Counted from the stretch's first letter, positions 26,610 through 35,654 are shown. The stretch: DNA of 64,000 nucleotides from Gemmatimonadales bacterium (GCA_039917855.1 JBDSIR010000058.1:317-64316), one strand, 5' to 3'. Numbers and translations are program-made. The notes: generated from the sequence alone by a model not told the origin.

Positions 26610-27871
26610 CAGCCCTCTCCCCCGGCCCCTCCCCCTGTCGGGGGAGGGGAGAACATCGCCGGGATCCGGAACACGAACACCGCCCCACCCCCCGCATTCT
26701 CCTCCACGCTCACCGTCCCGCCGTGTACCTCAACGGTCTGCCGCACCAGCGCCAGGCCGAGTCCCGTGCCGTCCTTCTTGGTGGTGACGTACGGCTGGAA
26801 GATCCGCTCCCGGTCGCTCGAGCGGATCCCCGGCCCCCGATCGGCGATCCGGACCTCTGCGCCCCCGTTGCGCGGCGTGATCGTTACCCGCAGCTCCCCT
26901 GCGCCGCCCTGCGCCTCGGCGCCATTGCGCAGCACGTTGCTGAACGCGCGCCGGAGCGGGTCGAGATGTCCCATCACCCGCGGCGTGGCAGGATCCGCTA
27001 CGACCAACGTGGTCACCTCCGGCGGCAACGATGTCCGGATCAACTCTTCCAGCAGCTCGCGCAGATCCACCTCGGCGGCTGGGCCTTCGGGAAGGCGGCC
27101 GAAGTCGGCGAATTCACGGGCCAGCTGTTCGAGCCGCCCCGACTCGGTCGTGAGCACCTCGAGCGCTTCGATCTGATCCGGAGTAGCGCTCCGGCTGAGC
27201 TGGGTCACCGCAAAGCGCATCGGCGTCAGCGGGTTCTTCATTTCGTGTGCCACCCGGCGTGCCACCTCGCGGAAAGCGCGGAGCCTCGTCGCCTCGAGCT
27301 CCCGCTCGCGTCCGACGTCCAGTTCATCCGCCATCCCGCGGAGCGCATCGCGGAGCACGCCGAATTCGGGTGCCCCCTTCTTGGGGGGCTCGGTCGGCAG
27401 CGGCTCCCGGCGACGGATGAAGCCGGTCCATTCCACCAGTTCGCCGATCGGTCGGCTCAGCTGGCGCGACAGGTGTCCGGCGATGCGGGTGCCGGCATAG
27501 ACGATGATGGCGCCGAGGAGGAGCAGCAGCGCCGTCGCCGCGGCGCCGAGGTACTTGCTGTAGGCGCTGATCTGTTGGGTGCGGGAGAGGACGGTGCTGA
27601 GAGCGGCCGCGTGATCGGCCAGGGCCTTCCGCTCCGCGCGCGTGAGCCTGGTGGTGTCGAGGGTCTGGATCAGCACCCGACCACTGTTCCCCGATGCCGC
27701 CACGGCGGTGCGCATCGCTTCGGCGGTGGAGCTGTTCTGGAGCGTCAATGCCCAGCTCACCAGCACGGCACCGGTCGGCAGCACGCCGAGAGCGAGCAGC
27801 GCCCAGAGGATGCGCTGACGGAAGGTGAGTGGGCGGGCGAGCATGCTGGAATGTAGGGTGGTGCGTGTCAT
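26609..27871 (-). CDS. sensor histidine kinase (two TM, HAMP, HisKA, HATPase)
   Basis: H-box HEMKNPLTP, N-box LRNGAEA, G1 DRGPGI, G2 GTGLGLALV. The stop shares one base (26609) with the RR start codon. Confidence 0.85.
   Translation of the reverse strand: MTRTTLHSSMLARPLTFRQRILWALLALGVLPTGAVLVSWALTLQNSSTAEAMRTAVAASGNSGRVLIQTLDTTRLTRAERKALADHAAALSTVLSRTQQISAYSKYLGAAATALLLLLGAIIVYAGTRIAGHLSRQLSRPIGELVEWTGFIRRREPLPTEPPKKGAPEFGVLRDALRGMADELDVGRERELEATRLRAFREVARRVAHEMKNPLTPMRFAVTQLSRSATPDQIEALEVLTTESGRLEQLAREFADFGRLPEGPAAEVDLRELLEELIRTSLPPEVTTLVVADPATPRVMGHLDPLRRAFSNVLRNGAEAQGGAGELRVTITPRNGGAEVRIADRGPGIRSSDRERIFQPYVTTKKDGTGLGLALVRQTVEVHGGTVSVEENAGGGAVFVFRIPAMFSPPPTGGGAGGEG
26626..26649. repeat. 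C-tract/G-tract hairpin (CCCCTCCCCC TGTC GGGGGAGGGG)
   Basis: 10-bp stem inside the last codons of the histidine kinase gene, just upstream of the RR start. Confidence 0.85.
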
Positions 27872-27880
27872 TTGAACACA

Positions 27881-28020
27881 GCGCCTGGAGCCTGACGCCG
27901 GGAGAGGATGATTCGGAATTCGTATCGAGTCGGTAAGTATTTGTGGATCATGGCCTTATCACCTGGCATCGTGTGGTATTACGCCTCAGGTCTCCCATTA
28001 CCTCTCCAGGCTCCAGGCGC
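27881..28020. repeat. 14-15-bp terminal inverted repeats bracketing a ~110-bp AT-richer segment
   Basis: GCGCCTGGAGCCTGA (27881-27895) and CAGGCTCCAGGCGC (28007-28020), in the divergent HK / acyl-CoA synthetase region. Confidence 0.7.
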
Positions 28021-28071
28021 GAGGCGCTCCCCTATGAACCATCCGCCCCCACCCCTATCTTTCCCCCGCCT

Positions 28072-29661
28072 GTGACCGACCAGAACCCCTTGTCCGACCT
28101 GCACTTCGCCCATCTGTTCGATCGGCGAGCTGCGGCGCATCCCGACCGCGAATTCCTCGTGGCCGGCGAGGGGCGTTGGACCTGGGGTCAGGTCCGGGCC
28201 CGGTCTTCCGCGTTGGCCGAGTCGTGGGCGGAGCGGGGAATCAAGCAGGGGGACAGGATCGCCCTCGTCCTCCCGAACTGGCCTGAGGGGGTCGTGGCGT
28301 TCATCGCCGCCGCCCGACTCGGCGCCATCGTGGTGCCGCTCGACCCTGGATCCAGTCTCCATGAGCTCCGGTACCTCCTCCGCCACGGCGAAGTGCGCGC
28401 GGCGGTCGTGGCGGAGCAGTGGAATGGTGAGGAGCTGCTCGAGCAGTTCGACGAGCTCCTTCCTGACCTTCCCGATCTCGCTTTTCTGGTGACGGTGGGG
28501 CCCGAGGATCTCTGGCACGACGACCGGGTCCTCCAGTTCGAGGACCTGGTGGCGAAAGGGGGCGTGCGGGAGCCGCGCGTCGCCGACTTCGACCCCGCCG
28601 TGACGCCGCTCTGCCTGATCTACACGAGCGGCACCACCGGCAAGCCGAAGGGCGTGGTGCTGACGCACGCCGCCCTGGTCGGCTCGTCGAAGGCGACGGC
28701 GGAGGCGATCGGCAGCGGTCCCGACGACCGGGTACTCCTGGGTGTGCCGCTCTTCCACGTCTTCGGCCTGTCGGTGCTCGTGGCCACCGTGGCGAGCGGC
28801 GGGACGCTGGTGCTGCAGGAGCGTTTTCGCCCTGCGGAGACACTGGCGTTGATCCCGCGCGAGCGGATCACCCTGTTGCACGGCGTCCCGACGATGTTCG
28901 CGCTGCTCATGCGCGAGCCGGGTTTCGACCCGGCAGAGCTTCGGACCCTCCGCACCGGCATCATCGGCGGGAGCTTCGTATCCGAAGAGTTGGTCACCCG
29001 CATCCGTACCTGGTGCGATGTGCAGATCGCCTACGGCCTGACCGAGACCGGCCCGACCATCAGCGTTTCCCGCCCCGGCGACCCGGCCGGCAAGCGGGCG
29101 CAGACGGTGGGGCGGCCTTTGGCGGGCGTCGAGGCGACGATCCGTGATGTGCTCACGGGGACCCTGCATGGGCTCGAGGCGGTGGGGGAACTGGCGGTGA
29201 GGACGCCGTTCATCATGACGGGGTATCATCGCATGCCGGGGGAGACCCAGAAGGTCTTCACCCCGGAGGGCTATTTCCTGACCGGCGACCTGGCCGTCCT
29301 TGACGCGGACGGGTACATCCAGCTCGTCGGCCGACGGAAGGAGCTCATCATCCGTGGGGGACAGAACGTGAGTCCCCGCGAAGTAGAAGATATTCTGCGC
29401 GCCCACCCGGCGGTGGACGACGCCAGCGTGATCGGCCTGCCCCATGAGGTCATGGGCGAGGTGATCTGTGCCTGCGTCGTCGCCGTGGAAGGCGCCATCG
29501 TGACCGGCGACGAACTCAAGGAGTTCTGTCGCGACCAACTCGCCGACTACAAGGTCCCCGACCTCGTGCGGTTCTTCGACGCCTTCCCGCTGACCGGGTC
29601 AGGCAAGGTGAAGCGTCGTGAACTCACACGAGTGGTGGAACTGGAGCACTCAACGACGTGA
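28072..29661 (+). CDS. AMP-dependent acyl-CoA synthetase/ligase
   Basis: [33 protein letters not shown]. Start uncertain: GTG at 28072, or upstream ATG at 27943 in the track ORF. Confidence 0.85.
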   Translation: MTDQNPLSDLHFAHLFDRRAAAHPDREFLVAGEGRWTWGQVRARSSALAESWAERGIKQGDRIALVLPNWPEGVVAFIAAARLGAIVVPLDPGSSLHELRYLLRHGEVRAAVVAEQWNGEELLEQFDELLPDLPDLAFLVTVGPEDLWHDDRVLQFEDLVAKGGVREPRVADFDPAVTPLCLIYTSGTTGKPKGVVLTHAALVGSSKATAEAIGSGPDDRVLLGVPLFHVFGLSVLVATVASGGTLVLQERFRPAETLALIPRERITLLHGVPTMFALLMREPGFDPAELRTLRTGIIGGSFVSEELVTRIRTWCDVQIAYGLTETGPTISVSRPGDPAGKRAQTVGRPLAGVEATIRDVLTGTLHGLEAVGELAVRTPFIMTGYHRMPGETQKVFTPEGYFLTGDLAVLDADGYIQLVGRRKELIIRGGQNVSPREVEDILRAHPAVDDASVIGLPHEVMGEVICACVVAVEGAIVTGDELKEFCRDQLADYKVPDLVRFFDAFPLTGSGKVKRRELTRVVELEHSTT

Positions 29662-31280
29662 ATGCCATGACGCGACGGCCCCGGCCCCAGGCCGAGGCTC
29701 CCGCCAATCCCAATGCGCCCAATGCGGCGCTCCTGATCGACTTCGACAACGTCACCCTCGGCATCCAGAGCGATCTGGCGCGCGAACTGCGCCAGCTCAT
29801 CCGGAGCGATGCGCTCGGTGGTCATGTGACCATCCAGCGCGCCTACGCCGACTGGCGGCGCTTCCCGCAGTACCTGGTGCCGCTCACCGAGGCCTCGGTC
29901 GAGCTGGTCAGCGCCCCCGCCGTCGGGCCCAACAAGAAGAACGCCACCGACATCCGTCTCGCCATCGACGCGATGGAGCTGGCCTTCACCCGGCCCGAGA
30001 TCGGGACCTTCATTCTCCTCTCCGGCGACAGCGACTTCTCCGCCCTGGTCAACAAGCTCAAGGAATGGGGCAAGTACATCATCGGCGTCGGTATGAAGGA
30101 GAGCAGCAGCGACACGCTGATGCGGGTGTGCCACGAGTACTACAGCTACTCCGACCTCGCCGGCCTGAAGAAGTCCGACGACATCGCCCGTGATCCCGGC
30201 AAGCCGCAGGATCCGTGGCTGCTGGTCGGCGCTGCGGTGGCGCAGATGGTCAAGAACCGCGACGTCATGCGAGCCGACCGGCTCAAGCAGGTGATGCAGC
30301 AGCTCGATCCCGCCTTCGACGAGCGGCACGCCGGTAAGGGCTACAGCCGGTTCTCAATGTTCGTCACCGACGCGGCCGAGAAGGGTCTCATCTCCGTTCG
30401 GAAGATGGAGAACGGCCAGCTCGAGGTCGCGCCTGCCGAGGGCCCGACGTCCTCGCCGGGCCATGCGTCCTCGTCGGGCCATGCGCCCTCGCCGAGCCGC
30501 AGAGGCGCAGCTGCAGAGGCTCCGGCCGCACCGACCCCAGCCGAAGAGCGTCCGGCGGGAGGACGGGGACGCGGTCGGGGTCGCGGACGAGGTCGCGGCG
30601 AGGCCGCCGCTGCGCCGCGATCGGAGGCGCCCCGCGCGGCTCACGCGCCGCGTGCAGTGCCGGTGTCTGACAAGCTCACGCTCGCCGCTGGGTTCGAGCT
30701 GCTCACCACGTCGCTCAAGGAGCTCCCGCCCCCGGTCGCGGGCGAGGCCCTGCGGCTCCGGATGATCGCCAACCTCGGCCGCGAGGACGTGCTCCTCGAT
30801 GCGAGCCGCTTCGATCGGCTTCTCCGGCAGGCGCACGACGCCGAGCTGGTGGAGGTCCGGAAGGTCGGCGAGGATATGTACGACGTGGCGCCGCTCGGGC
30901 AGACCAGCGCCCCGCCGGCACGCTACGAGCGGAAGCCCCAACCATCGTCCCGACCGGCCGAGGCATCAGTGCAGCCGCCGACCCCTGCGGCCGTCGATGT
31001 TCCTCTGCCGCCGGCCGCTCCTCGCGCCCTCGGCATCCGCCGCGGGTCACGGACCGGGATGGTCAAGGCGGCGATCCCGCTCGTCGGAGTCATCTCGCTC
31101 GATGACGACGCCCCCAAGGCACCGGCGGTCGAGGAGAAGCAGACGTCGCGTGGTCGCGGACGTGGTCCGAAGGCGGAGGTCGGGGCGACGCCTAGGGCGT
31201 CCGAGGCGGACGCCCCTACGAAGCCCCGGCGCCCGCGCGGTCGAGGCCGGGGGAAGCCGAAGGCGGGCACGGAGGCGTAA
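29658..31280 (+). CDS. NYN (LabA-like) nuclease-domain protein with two OST-HTH/LOTUS-like domains and RG-rich linkers
   Basis: [54 protein letters not shown] is the NYN pattern. Two ~70-aa segments ([31 protein letters not shown] and [32 protein letters not shown]) look like [19 protein letters not shown] and [10 protein letters not shown] tracts. Start is GTG 29658 or ATG 29667. Confidence 0.7.
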   Translation: MNAMTRRPRPQAEAPANPNAPNAALLIDFDNVTLGIQSDLARELRQLIRSDALGGHVTIQRAYADWRRFPQYLVPLTEASVELVSAPAVGPNKKNATDIRLAIDAMELAFTRPEIGTFILLSGDSDFSALVNKLKEWGKYIIGVGMKESSSDTLMRVCHEYYSYSDLAGLKKSDDIARDPGKPQDPWLLVGAAVAQMVKNRDVMRADRLKQVMQQLDPAFDERHAGKGYSRFSMFVTDAAEKGLISVRKMENGQLEVAPAEGPTSSPGHASSSGHAPSPSRRGAAAEAPAAPTPAEERPAGGRGRGRGRGRGRGEAAAAPRSEAPRAAHAPRAVPVSDKLTLAAGFELLTTSLKELPPPVAGEALRLRMIANLGREDVLLDASRFDRLLRQAHDAELVEVRKVGEDMYDVAPLGQTSAPPARYERKPQPSSRPAEASVQPPTPAAVDVPLPPAAPRALGIRRGSRTGMVKAAIPLVGVISLDDDAPKAPAVEEKQTSRGRGRGPKAEVGATPRASEADAPTKPRRPRGRGRGKPKAGTEA

Positions 31281-31291
31281 GCTCTGGGCCA

Positions 31292-31440
31292 GTTGTGGCG
31301 CGGCTTGCCGCGCTGTTGGGGGAGGGAGTCTCCGTTGTGGCGCGGCTCGCCGCGCTGTTGGGGGAGGGAGTCTCCGTTGCGGCGCGGCTTGCCGCGCTGT
31401 TGGGGGAGGGAGTCTCCGTTGCGGCGCGGCTTGCCGCGCC
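31292..31440 (+). repeat. Tandem array A: 3.5 copies of a 42-bp unit (22-nt hairpin module + 20-nt constant segment)
   Basis: Units at 31292, 31334, 31376 and 31418 (partial): GTTGYGGCGCGGCTTGCCGCGC TGTTGGGGGAGGGAGTCTCC. The period is exactly 42. Confidence 0.95.
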
Positions 31441-31466
31441 TTGGAGCAGGGCGAGTCACGGCTCAG

Positions 31467-31704
31467 GCGCAGCAAGCTGCGCCGCAACGGGGTTCGGGCC
31501 GCTAGAAGAGCGCAGCAAGCTGCGCCACAACGGGTTCGGGCCGCTAGAAGAGCGCAGCAAGCTGCGCCACAACGGGTTCGGGCCGCTAGAAGAGCGCAGC
31601 AAGCTGCGCCGCAACGGGGTTCGGGCCGCTAGAAGAGCGCAGCAAGCTGCGCCACAACAGGGTTCGGGCCGCTAGAAGAGCGCAGCAAGCTGCGCCACAA
31701 CAGG
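31467..31704 (+). repeat. Tandem array B: 5.5 copies of a 42/43-bp unit; its 22-nt module is the inverted counterpart of the array A module
   Basis: Units at 31467, 31510, 31552, 31594, 31637 and 31680 (partial): GCGCAGCAAGCTGCGCCRCAAC (A/G)GGGTTCGGGCCGCTAGAAGA. Confidence 0.95.
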
Positions 31705-31764
31705 CGCCCCCCAGAAACAACCAGCGGCGCGCCTCCGGCGCGCCGGCAGAGGCGAAAGCAAGAT

Positions 31765-31800
31765 CCGGGTAGAGCTTCGGCGCTACCCGGTTTTCTTTTC
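31765..31800 (+). terminator. intrinsic terminator (UUCG-capped stem + U-tract)
   Basis: CCGGGTAG-a-GC TTCG GC-g-CTACCCGG followed by TTTTCTTTTC. It ends 4 nt before the mpg ATG. Confidence 0.8.
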
Positions 31801-31804
31801 TGGT

Positions 31805-32395
31805 ATGCCCAAGCCCCTCCCGCTCTCCTTCTTCCGCCGCCCGGCCGAGGTCGTTGCTCCTGAGCTCCTCGGCTGCACCCTGACGGTCACTCAGCGCAGT
31901 TCATCCGCCCGTCCGCCCATCCGCCTATCCGCCATCATCACAGAGGTCGAAGCCTACCTCGGCGTCCGGGACCCCGGCTCCCACGTCTGGAATGGGCGTC
32001 GCACCCCGACCACTACGAATCTCTACGCGCCCCCCGGTACCTGGTACGTCTACAGGAGCCACGGACTCCATTGGTGCTGCAACCTCACGACGAAGGGACC
32101 GGAGGAAGGGCACGCAGTGCTGCTGCGCGGGGTGGTGGTAACGGACGCTCGGACGCTCAAGGTGATGCAGAGACGCAGGGGTGCAGTGGTACAGAAGGAT
32201 CTGACCAATGGACCGGGGAAACTGACCCAGGCGCTTGGGATCGATCGATCACTGGATGGGGTGCTGATGGCGGGGAGTTGGGCGCAGGTCTTCGCGGAAG
32301 GGACTTCACGCGATACCCAACACCCAATACGCCTCACGCCGAGGATCGGACTTACGCGGGCAGTGGATTGGCCGCTGCGGTGGCTGATGAAATGA
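31805..32395 (+). CDS. mpg: DNA-3-methyladenine glycosylase (Mpg/AAG family)
   Basis: MPKPLPLSFFRRPAEVVAPELLGCTL N-terminus and EVEAYLG..DPGSH motif typical of the family. Confidence 0.8.
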   Translation: MPKPLPLSFFRRPAEVVAPELLGCTLTVTQRSSSARPPIRLSAIITEVEAYLGVRDPGSHVWNGRRTPTTTNLYAPPGTWYVYRSHGLHWCCNLTTKGPEEGHAVLLRGVVVTDARTLKVMQRRRGAVVQKDLTNGPGKLTQALGIDRSLDGVLMAGSWAQVFAEGTSRDTQHPIRLTPRIGLTRAVDWPLRWLMK

Positions 32396-32446
32396 GAAGG
32401 GCGCCCCACCCGGAGCGCCCCGCTTCGTTGCTTCGCACGAATGTCC

Positions 32447-32496
32447 GCTAAGGGCTTGGGGCTCAGGGCTCGTTGAAATCCTCCCAAGCCCTTAGC
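32447..32496. repeat. Perfect 14-bp inverted repeat between convergent mpg and kbl
   Basis: GCTAAGGGCTTGGG (32447-32460) / 22-nt loop / CCCAAGCCCTTAGC (32483-32496). No clear U-tract on either strand. Confidence 0.85.
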
Positions 32497-32515
32497 CCCC
32501 AACCCCAAGCATCCT

Positions 32516-33715
32516 TCAGATCAATTTGAGCTGGGAGCCCACCTTCTTGAACGCCGTCAGCGCCCGGTCCATATGCTCCTTGGTGTGTGCCGCACTGATC
32601 TGGCACCGCACTCGCGCCTGACCCTGCGGCACCACTGGGAAGCCGAACCCGGTCACGAACACCCCTTCCTCCAGCAGCTTGTCGCTCATCTGGATCGCCG
32701 CCGAGGTCTCACCCAGGATCACGGGGATGATCGGCGTCTCACCGGGAAGGGGCTTGAAGCCCAAGGCCAATAGCCCTTCCCGGAAGTACTTCGCATTGTC
32801 GCGGAGAAGCTGCACCCGCTGCGGCTCCCGCTCCAGCACCTCGATGCTCCGCTTGGCGCTCGCCGCCACGGTGGCGGGGATGGCGTTGCTGAAGAGCTGT
32901 GGTCGCGCGCGCTGGGTCAGGTAGTCGGTGACCGCTGCGCTCCCCGCTACGAACCCTCCCGCCGCACCTCCCAGCGCCTTCCCCAGCGTGCTGGTGATGA
33001 TGTCGATCTGGCCCACCATTCCGAAGTGCTCCGCGGTCCCTCGGCCATGCTTGCCGAGTACCCCGGTGGCGTGGGAGTCATCGACCACGAGGATGGCGTC
33101 GTGCTTGTTGCACACCTCGCGGAGCCCCGGGAGGTCGGCGATCGCGCCCTCCATCGAGAAGATGCCGTCGCTGATGACCATCTTGAACCGCCGGTCGGTG
33201 GCGGCCGCCAGCTTGGCGTCGAGGTCCTTGAGGTCGGCGTGCTCGTAGACTCCGGTCTGACACTTGGTGATCGCCTTGGCGAGGCGGATGCCGTCGATGA
33301 TCGAGGCGTGATTGAGCTGGTCGGAGAGCACCAGGTCCTGCTCGCCGAGCAACGTCCCCGGCGTCGCTTCGTTGGCGTTCCAGCAGCTCACGAAGGAGAG
33401 CGAGCTCTCCGTCCCGACGAGCCGAGCGCACGCCTCTTCCAGCTCGCGATGGATGGTGAAGGTCCCGCAGATGAACCGGACGCTCGCCGTCCCCGCGCCG
33501 TACGCCTCCAGCGCCTCCTCCCCCGCCTTGACCACTTCGGGATCATCCGAGAGGCCGAGGTAGTTGTTGCTGGAGAGGACGATGACCTGCCCGCGTCCCT
33601 CCATCTCCACCACCGGCCCCTGGGGGGAGGCGATGTAGTTGAGCCGCTTGTAGACGCCGTCGCGCTTGAATCCTTCGAGGTCCGCGCGGACCTTGGTCTC
33701 GAATGCCTTGGACAT
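32516..33715 (-). CDS. kbl: glycine C-acetyltransferase (2-amino-3-ketobutyrate CoA ligase)
   Basis: C-terminal 400 aa of track ORF 32516..34612, starting MSKAFETKVRADLEGFKRDGVYK. DDSHATG and STLGKALGG (PLP Lys). Adjacent to tdh. Confidence 0.9.
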   Translation of the reverse strand: MSKAFETKVRADLEGFKRDGVYKRLNYIASPQGPVVEMEGRGQVIVLSSNNYLGLSDDPEVVKAGEEALEAYGAGTASVRFICGTFTIHRELEEACARLVGTESSLSFVSCWNANEATPGTLLGEQDLVLSDQLNHASIIDGIRLAKAITKCQTGVYEHADLKDLDAKLAAATDRRFKMVISDGIFSMEGAIADLPGLREVCNKHDAILVVDDSHATGVLGKHGRGTAEHFGMVGQIDIITSTLGKALGGAAGGFVAGSAAVTDYLTQRARPQLFSNAIPATVAASAKRSIEVLEREPQRVQLLRDNAKYFREGLLALGFKPLPGETPIIPVILGETSAAIQMSDKLLEEGVFVTGFGFPVVPQGQARVRCQISAAHTKEHMDRALTAFKKVGSQLKLI

Positions 33716-34749
33716 CAGATCTCCAGGATGACCTTGCCGGCCTTGCCGTCCTTGATGAGCCCGATCGCCTCCGCCATCCCTTCCATCGGGAAGCGATGGG
33801 TCACCACCGGCCGCGGATCGAGCTTCCCGCCGCGGAGCAGGGCGAACATCTGCTCCCAGGTGTCGTACATCTTCCGGCCCGTCACGCCGTAGAGCGTGAG
33901 TCCTTTGAAGATGATGCTCTTGGCGAAGTTGACGTCGGTGTTCTTCGCCGGCGTCCCGAGGAAATTGATCCGTCCCCCGAGGCGCACCGCCTCGAATGCC
34001 TGCGTATGCGCCTCTGGATGGCCGCTCATCTCGAGCACCATATCGACGCCGTTGGTGCCGGAGAGCGCGCGGACCTTCGCCACGACGTCGTCGGTCGCGG
34101 GGTCGAGTGTCACGTCCGCCCCCATCTTTGTGGCCAGCTCTCGGCGGCTCGCGCTGAAGTCGCTCGCGATCACCAGGCTCGCTCCCGCCGCCTTGGCCAC
34201 CCCCACCGCGAAGCACCCTATCGGGCCGCAGCCGATCACGAAGACGGTATTGCCCGCGACCATCCCTTCGAGGGCGGTGTGCACGGCGTTCCCGATCGGG
34301 TCCATGATCGCCCCGATGTCGGTGGGGATACTGCCCAGCTTCATCACGTTGCTGACCGGCATCGCGATATACTCGGCGAAGGCCCCATCGCGATCCACGC
34401 CGATGATCTGGGTCCGCTCGCACACATGCCCCTGTCCGGTGCGGCAAGGGCGGCAATGCCCGCAGATGATATGCCCTTCCGCGGTGACCTTGTCGCCCAC
34501 CTTCAACAGCCCTGTAGCTTGGGCCTCTGGCCCGAGAAGTTCGATCTCGCCCGCGAACTCGTGGCCGATCACCAGCGGCGGTTTCAACCGCGCTGAGGCC
34601 CATGCGTCCCACTCCCAGATGTGGAGATCGGTGCCGCAGACGCCGGCGTGGCGCACGCGTATGAGGACGTCATTCGCCCCGACCTTGGGGGTGGGGACGT
34701 CCTTCACCTTCATGCCGGGAGCGGCCGATTCTTTGACGAGGGCTTTCAT
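33715..34749 (-). CDS. tdh: L-threonine 3-dehydrogenase
   Basis: MKALVKESAAPGM.., GHEFAGE, CGHCRPCRTGQGHVC zinc-ADH motifs. Upstream of kbl. Confidence 0.9.
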   Translation of the reverse strand: MKALVKESAAPGMKVKDVPTPKVGANDVLIRVRHAGVCGTDLHIWEWDAWASARLKPPLVIGHEFAGEIELLGPEAQATGLLKVGDKVTAEGHIICGHCRPCRTGQGHVCERTQIIGVDRDGAFAEYIAMPVSNVMKLGSIPTDIGAIMDPIGNAVHTALEGMVAGNTVFVIGCGPIGCFAVGVAKAAGASLVIASDFSASRRELATKMGADVTLDPATDDVVAKVRALSGTNGVDMVLEMSGHPEAHTQAFEAVRLGGRINFLGTPAKNTDVNFAKSIIFKGLTLYGVTGRKMYDTWEQMFALLRGGKLDPRPVVTHRFPMEGMAEAIGLIKDGKAGKVILEI

Positions 34750-34809
34750 TATTCAGTGGGAGGAGACTGCTGAATATAGCGCCCCCAGCCTCTCCCCCTG
34801 TCCCCCTGT

Positions 34810-34835
34810 CCCCCTCTCCCTGTCGGGAGAGGGGG
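34810..34835. repeat. C-tract/G-tract hairpin (CCCCCTCTCCC TGTC GGGAGAGGGGG)
   Basis: Perfect 11-bp stem between the SDR stop (34855) and the tdh start (34749). Confidence 0.9.
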
Positions 34836-34854
34836 AACGGCGCTGAAGGCTCCC

Positions 34855-35643
34855 CTAGATGCTTCGCCCCTGCCCACCGTCGATTCGCAGCGCCTGCCCG
34901 GTGATGAACCCGCCCTTGTCGCTCGCCAGGAACGCCGCCAGCGCCCCCAACTCCGCCGGATCCCCAAGTCGTCCCGCTGGGATCGCCCTTATCGCCTTCT
35001 CCTCTTCTCCCTTGACCCCCAGCCCCGAACCCTTCGCTCTCGCTTCCCATAATTCGGCCAGCCGGGCAGTCCCGAACATCCCGGGACAGAGCGCGTTCAC
35101 CGTCACCCCGTGAGGGGCTACCTCGTCCGAGAGCCCTTTCACCAGGCCGAGGACGCCCGCACGCGCCGCAGACGACAGAATGAGCCCGGGGATCGGCTCG
35201 AGTGCGCTGAGCGAGGTGATGACCAGCAGTCTCCCCCACTTCCGCTCGAGCATTCCTGGAAGCGCCGCGCGGAAAAGAGAGACGGCCGAGAGCAGATTGG
35301 TCTCGATCGCGCGGACCCAGGTCGCGTGATCGTGCGACAGGAATGGTCCGGGCGGGGGACCGCCGGCATTTGCGAGGACGATGTCGAGGGTGCCGAAGGA
35401 GCGTGCTGCGAGTTGGGTGATGCGTGTTGCGTCTTCGGCAATACTCACGTCACCAGCAATCGCGATGATCTCACCTCCGCCCTGGGCCCTGAGCTTTGTT
35501 GCTGCGGCGTCGAGTTTCTTCGCATCCCGACCATTGATCGCCACTCGGCACCCCTCGCGCGCCAGCGCCTCGGCCACGGCGTAGCCGAGCCCGGCGGAAG
35601 CACCGCAGATGAGGGCCGACTTGCCGCCAAGTCCAAGATCCAT
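34855..35643 (-). CDS. SDR-family oxidoreductase
   Basis: N-terminal Rossmann motif ALICGASAGLGYAVA, NAGG motif. About 262 aa, typical of classical SDRs. Confidence 0.8.
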   Translation of the reverse strand: MDLGLGGKSALICGASAGLGYAVAEALAREGCRVAINGRDAKKLDAAATKLRAQGGGEIIAIAGDVSIAEDATRITQLAARSFGTLDIVLANAGGPPPGPFLSHDHATWVRAIETNLLSAVSLFRAALPGMLERKWGRLLVITSLSALEPIPGLILSSAARAGVLGLVKGLSDEVAPHGVTVNALCPGMFGTARLAELWEARAKGSGLGVKGEEEKAIRAIPAGRLGDPAELGALAAFLASDKGGFITGQALRIDGGQGRSI

Positions 35644-35654
35644 TGGGATCAGCT

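Noticed and set aside
31295-31675. Track ORF encoding a repeat protein (MARLAALLGEGVSV... / GFGPLEERSKLRHN...)
   Set aside because: The reading frame is simply the tandem DNA repeat translated. Unit lengths of 42 and 43 bp shift the frame between copies, and there is no RBS. The DNA/RNA hairpin conservation (compensatory changes) explains the sequence better.
31292-31704. Possible CRISPR array (regular ~42-bp period, palindromic 22-nt repeat, ~20-nt intervening segments)
   Set aside because: The intervening segments are identical within each array, so there is no spacer diversity. Repeat and spacer lengths are short for CRISPR. The two arrays are inverted relative to each other, and no cas genes are present in the window.
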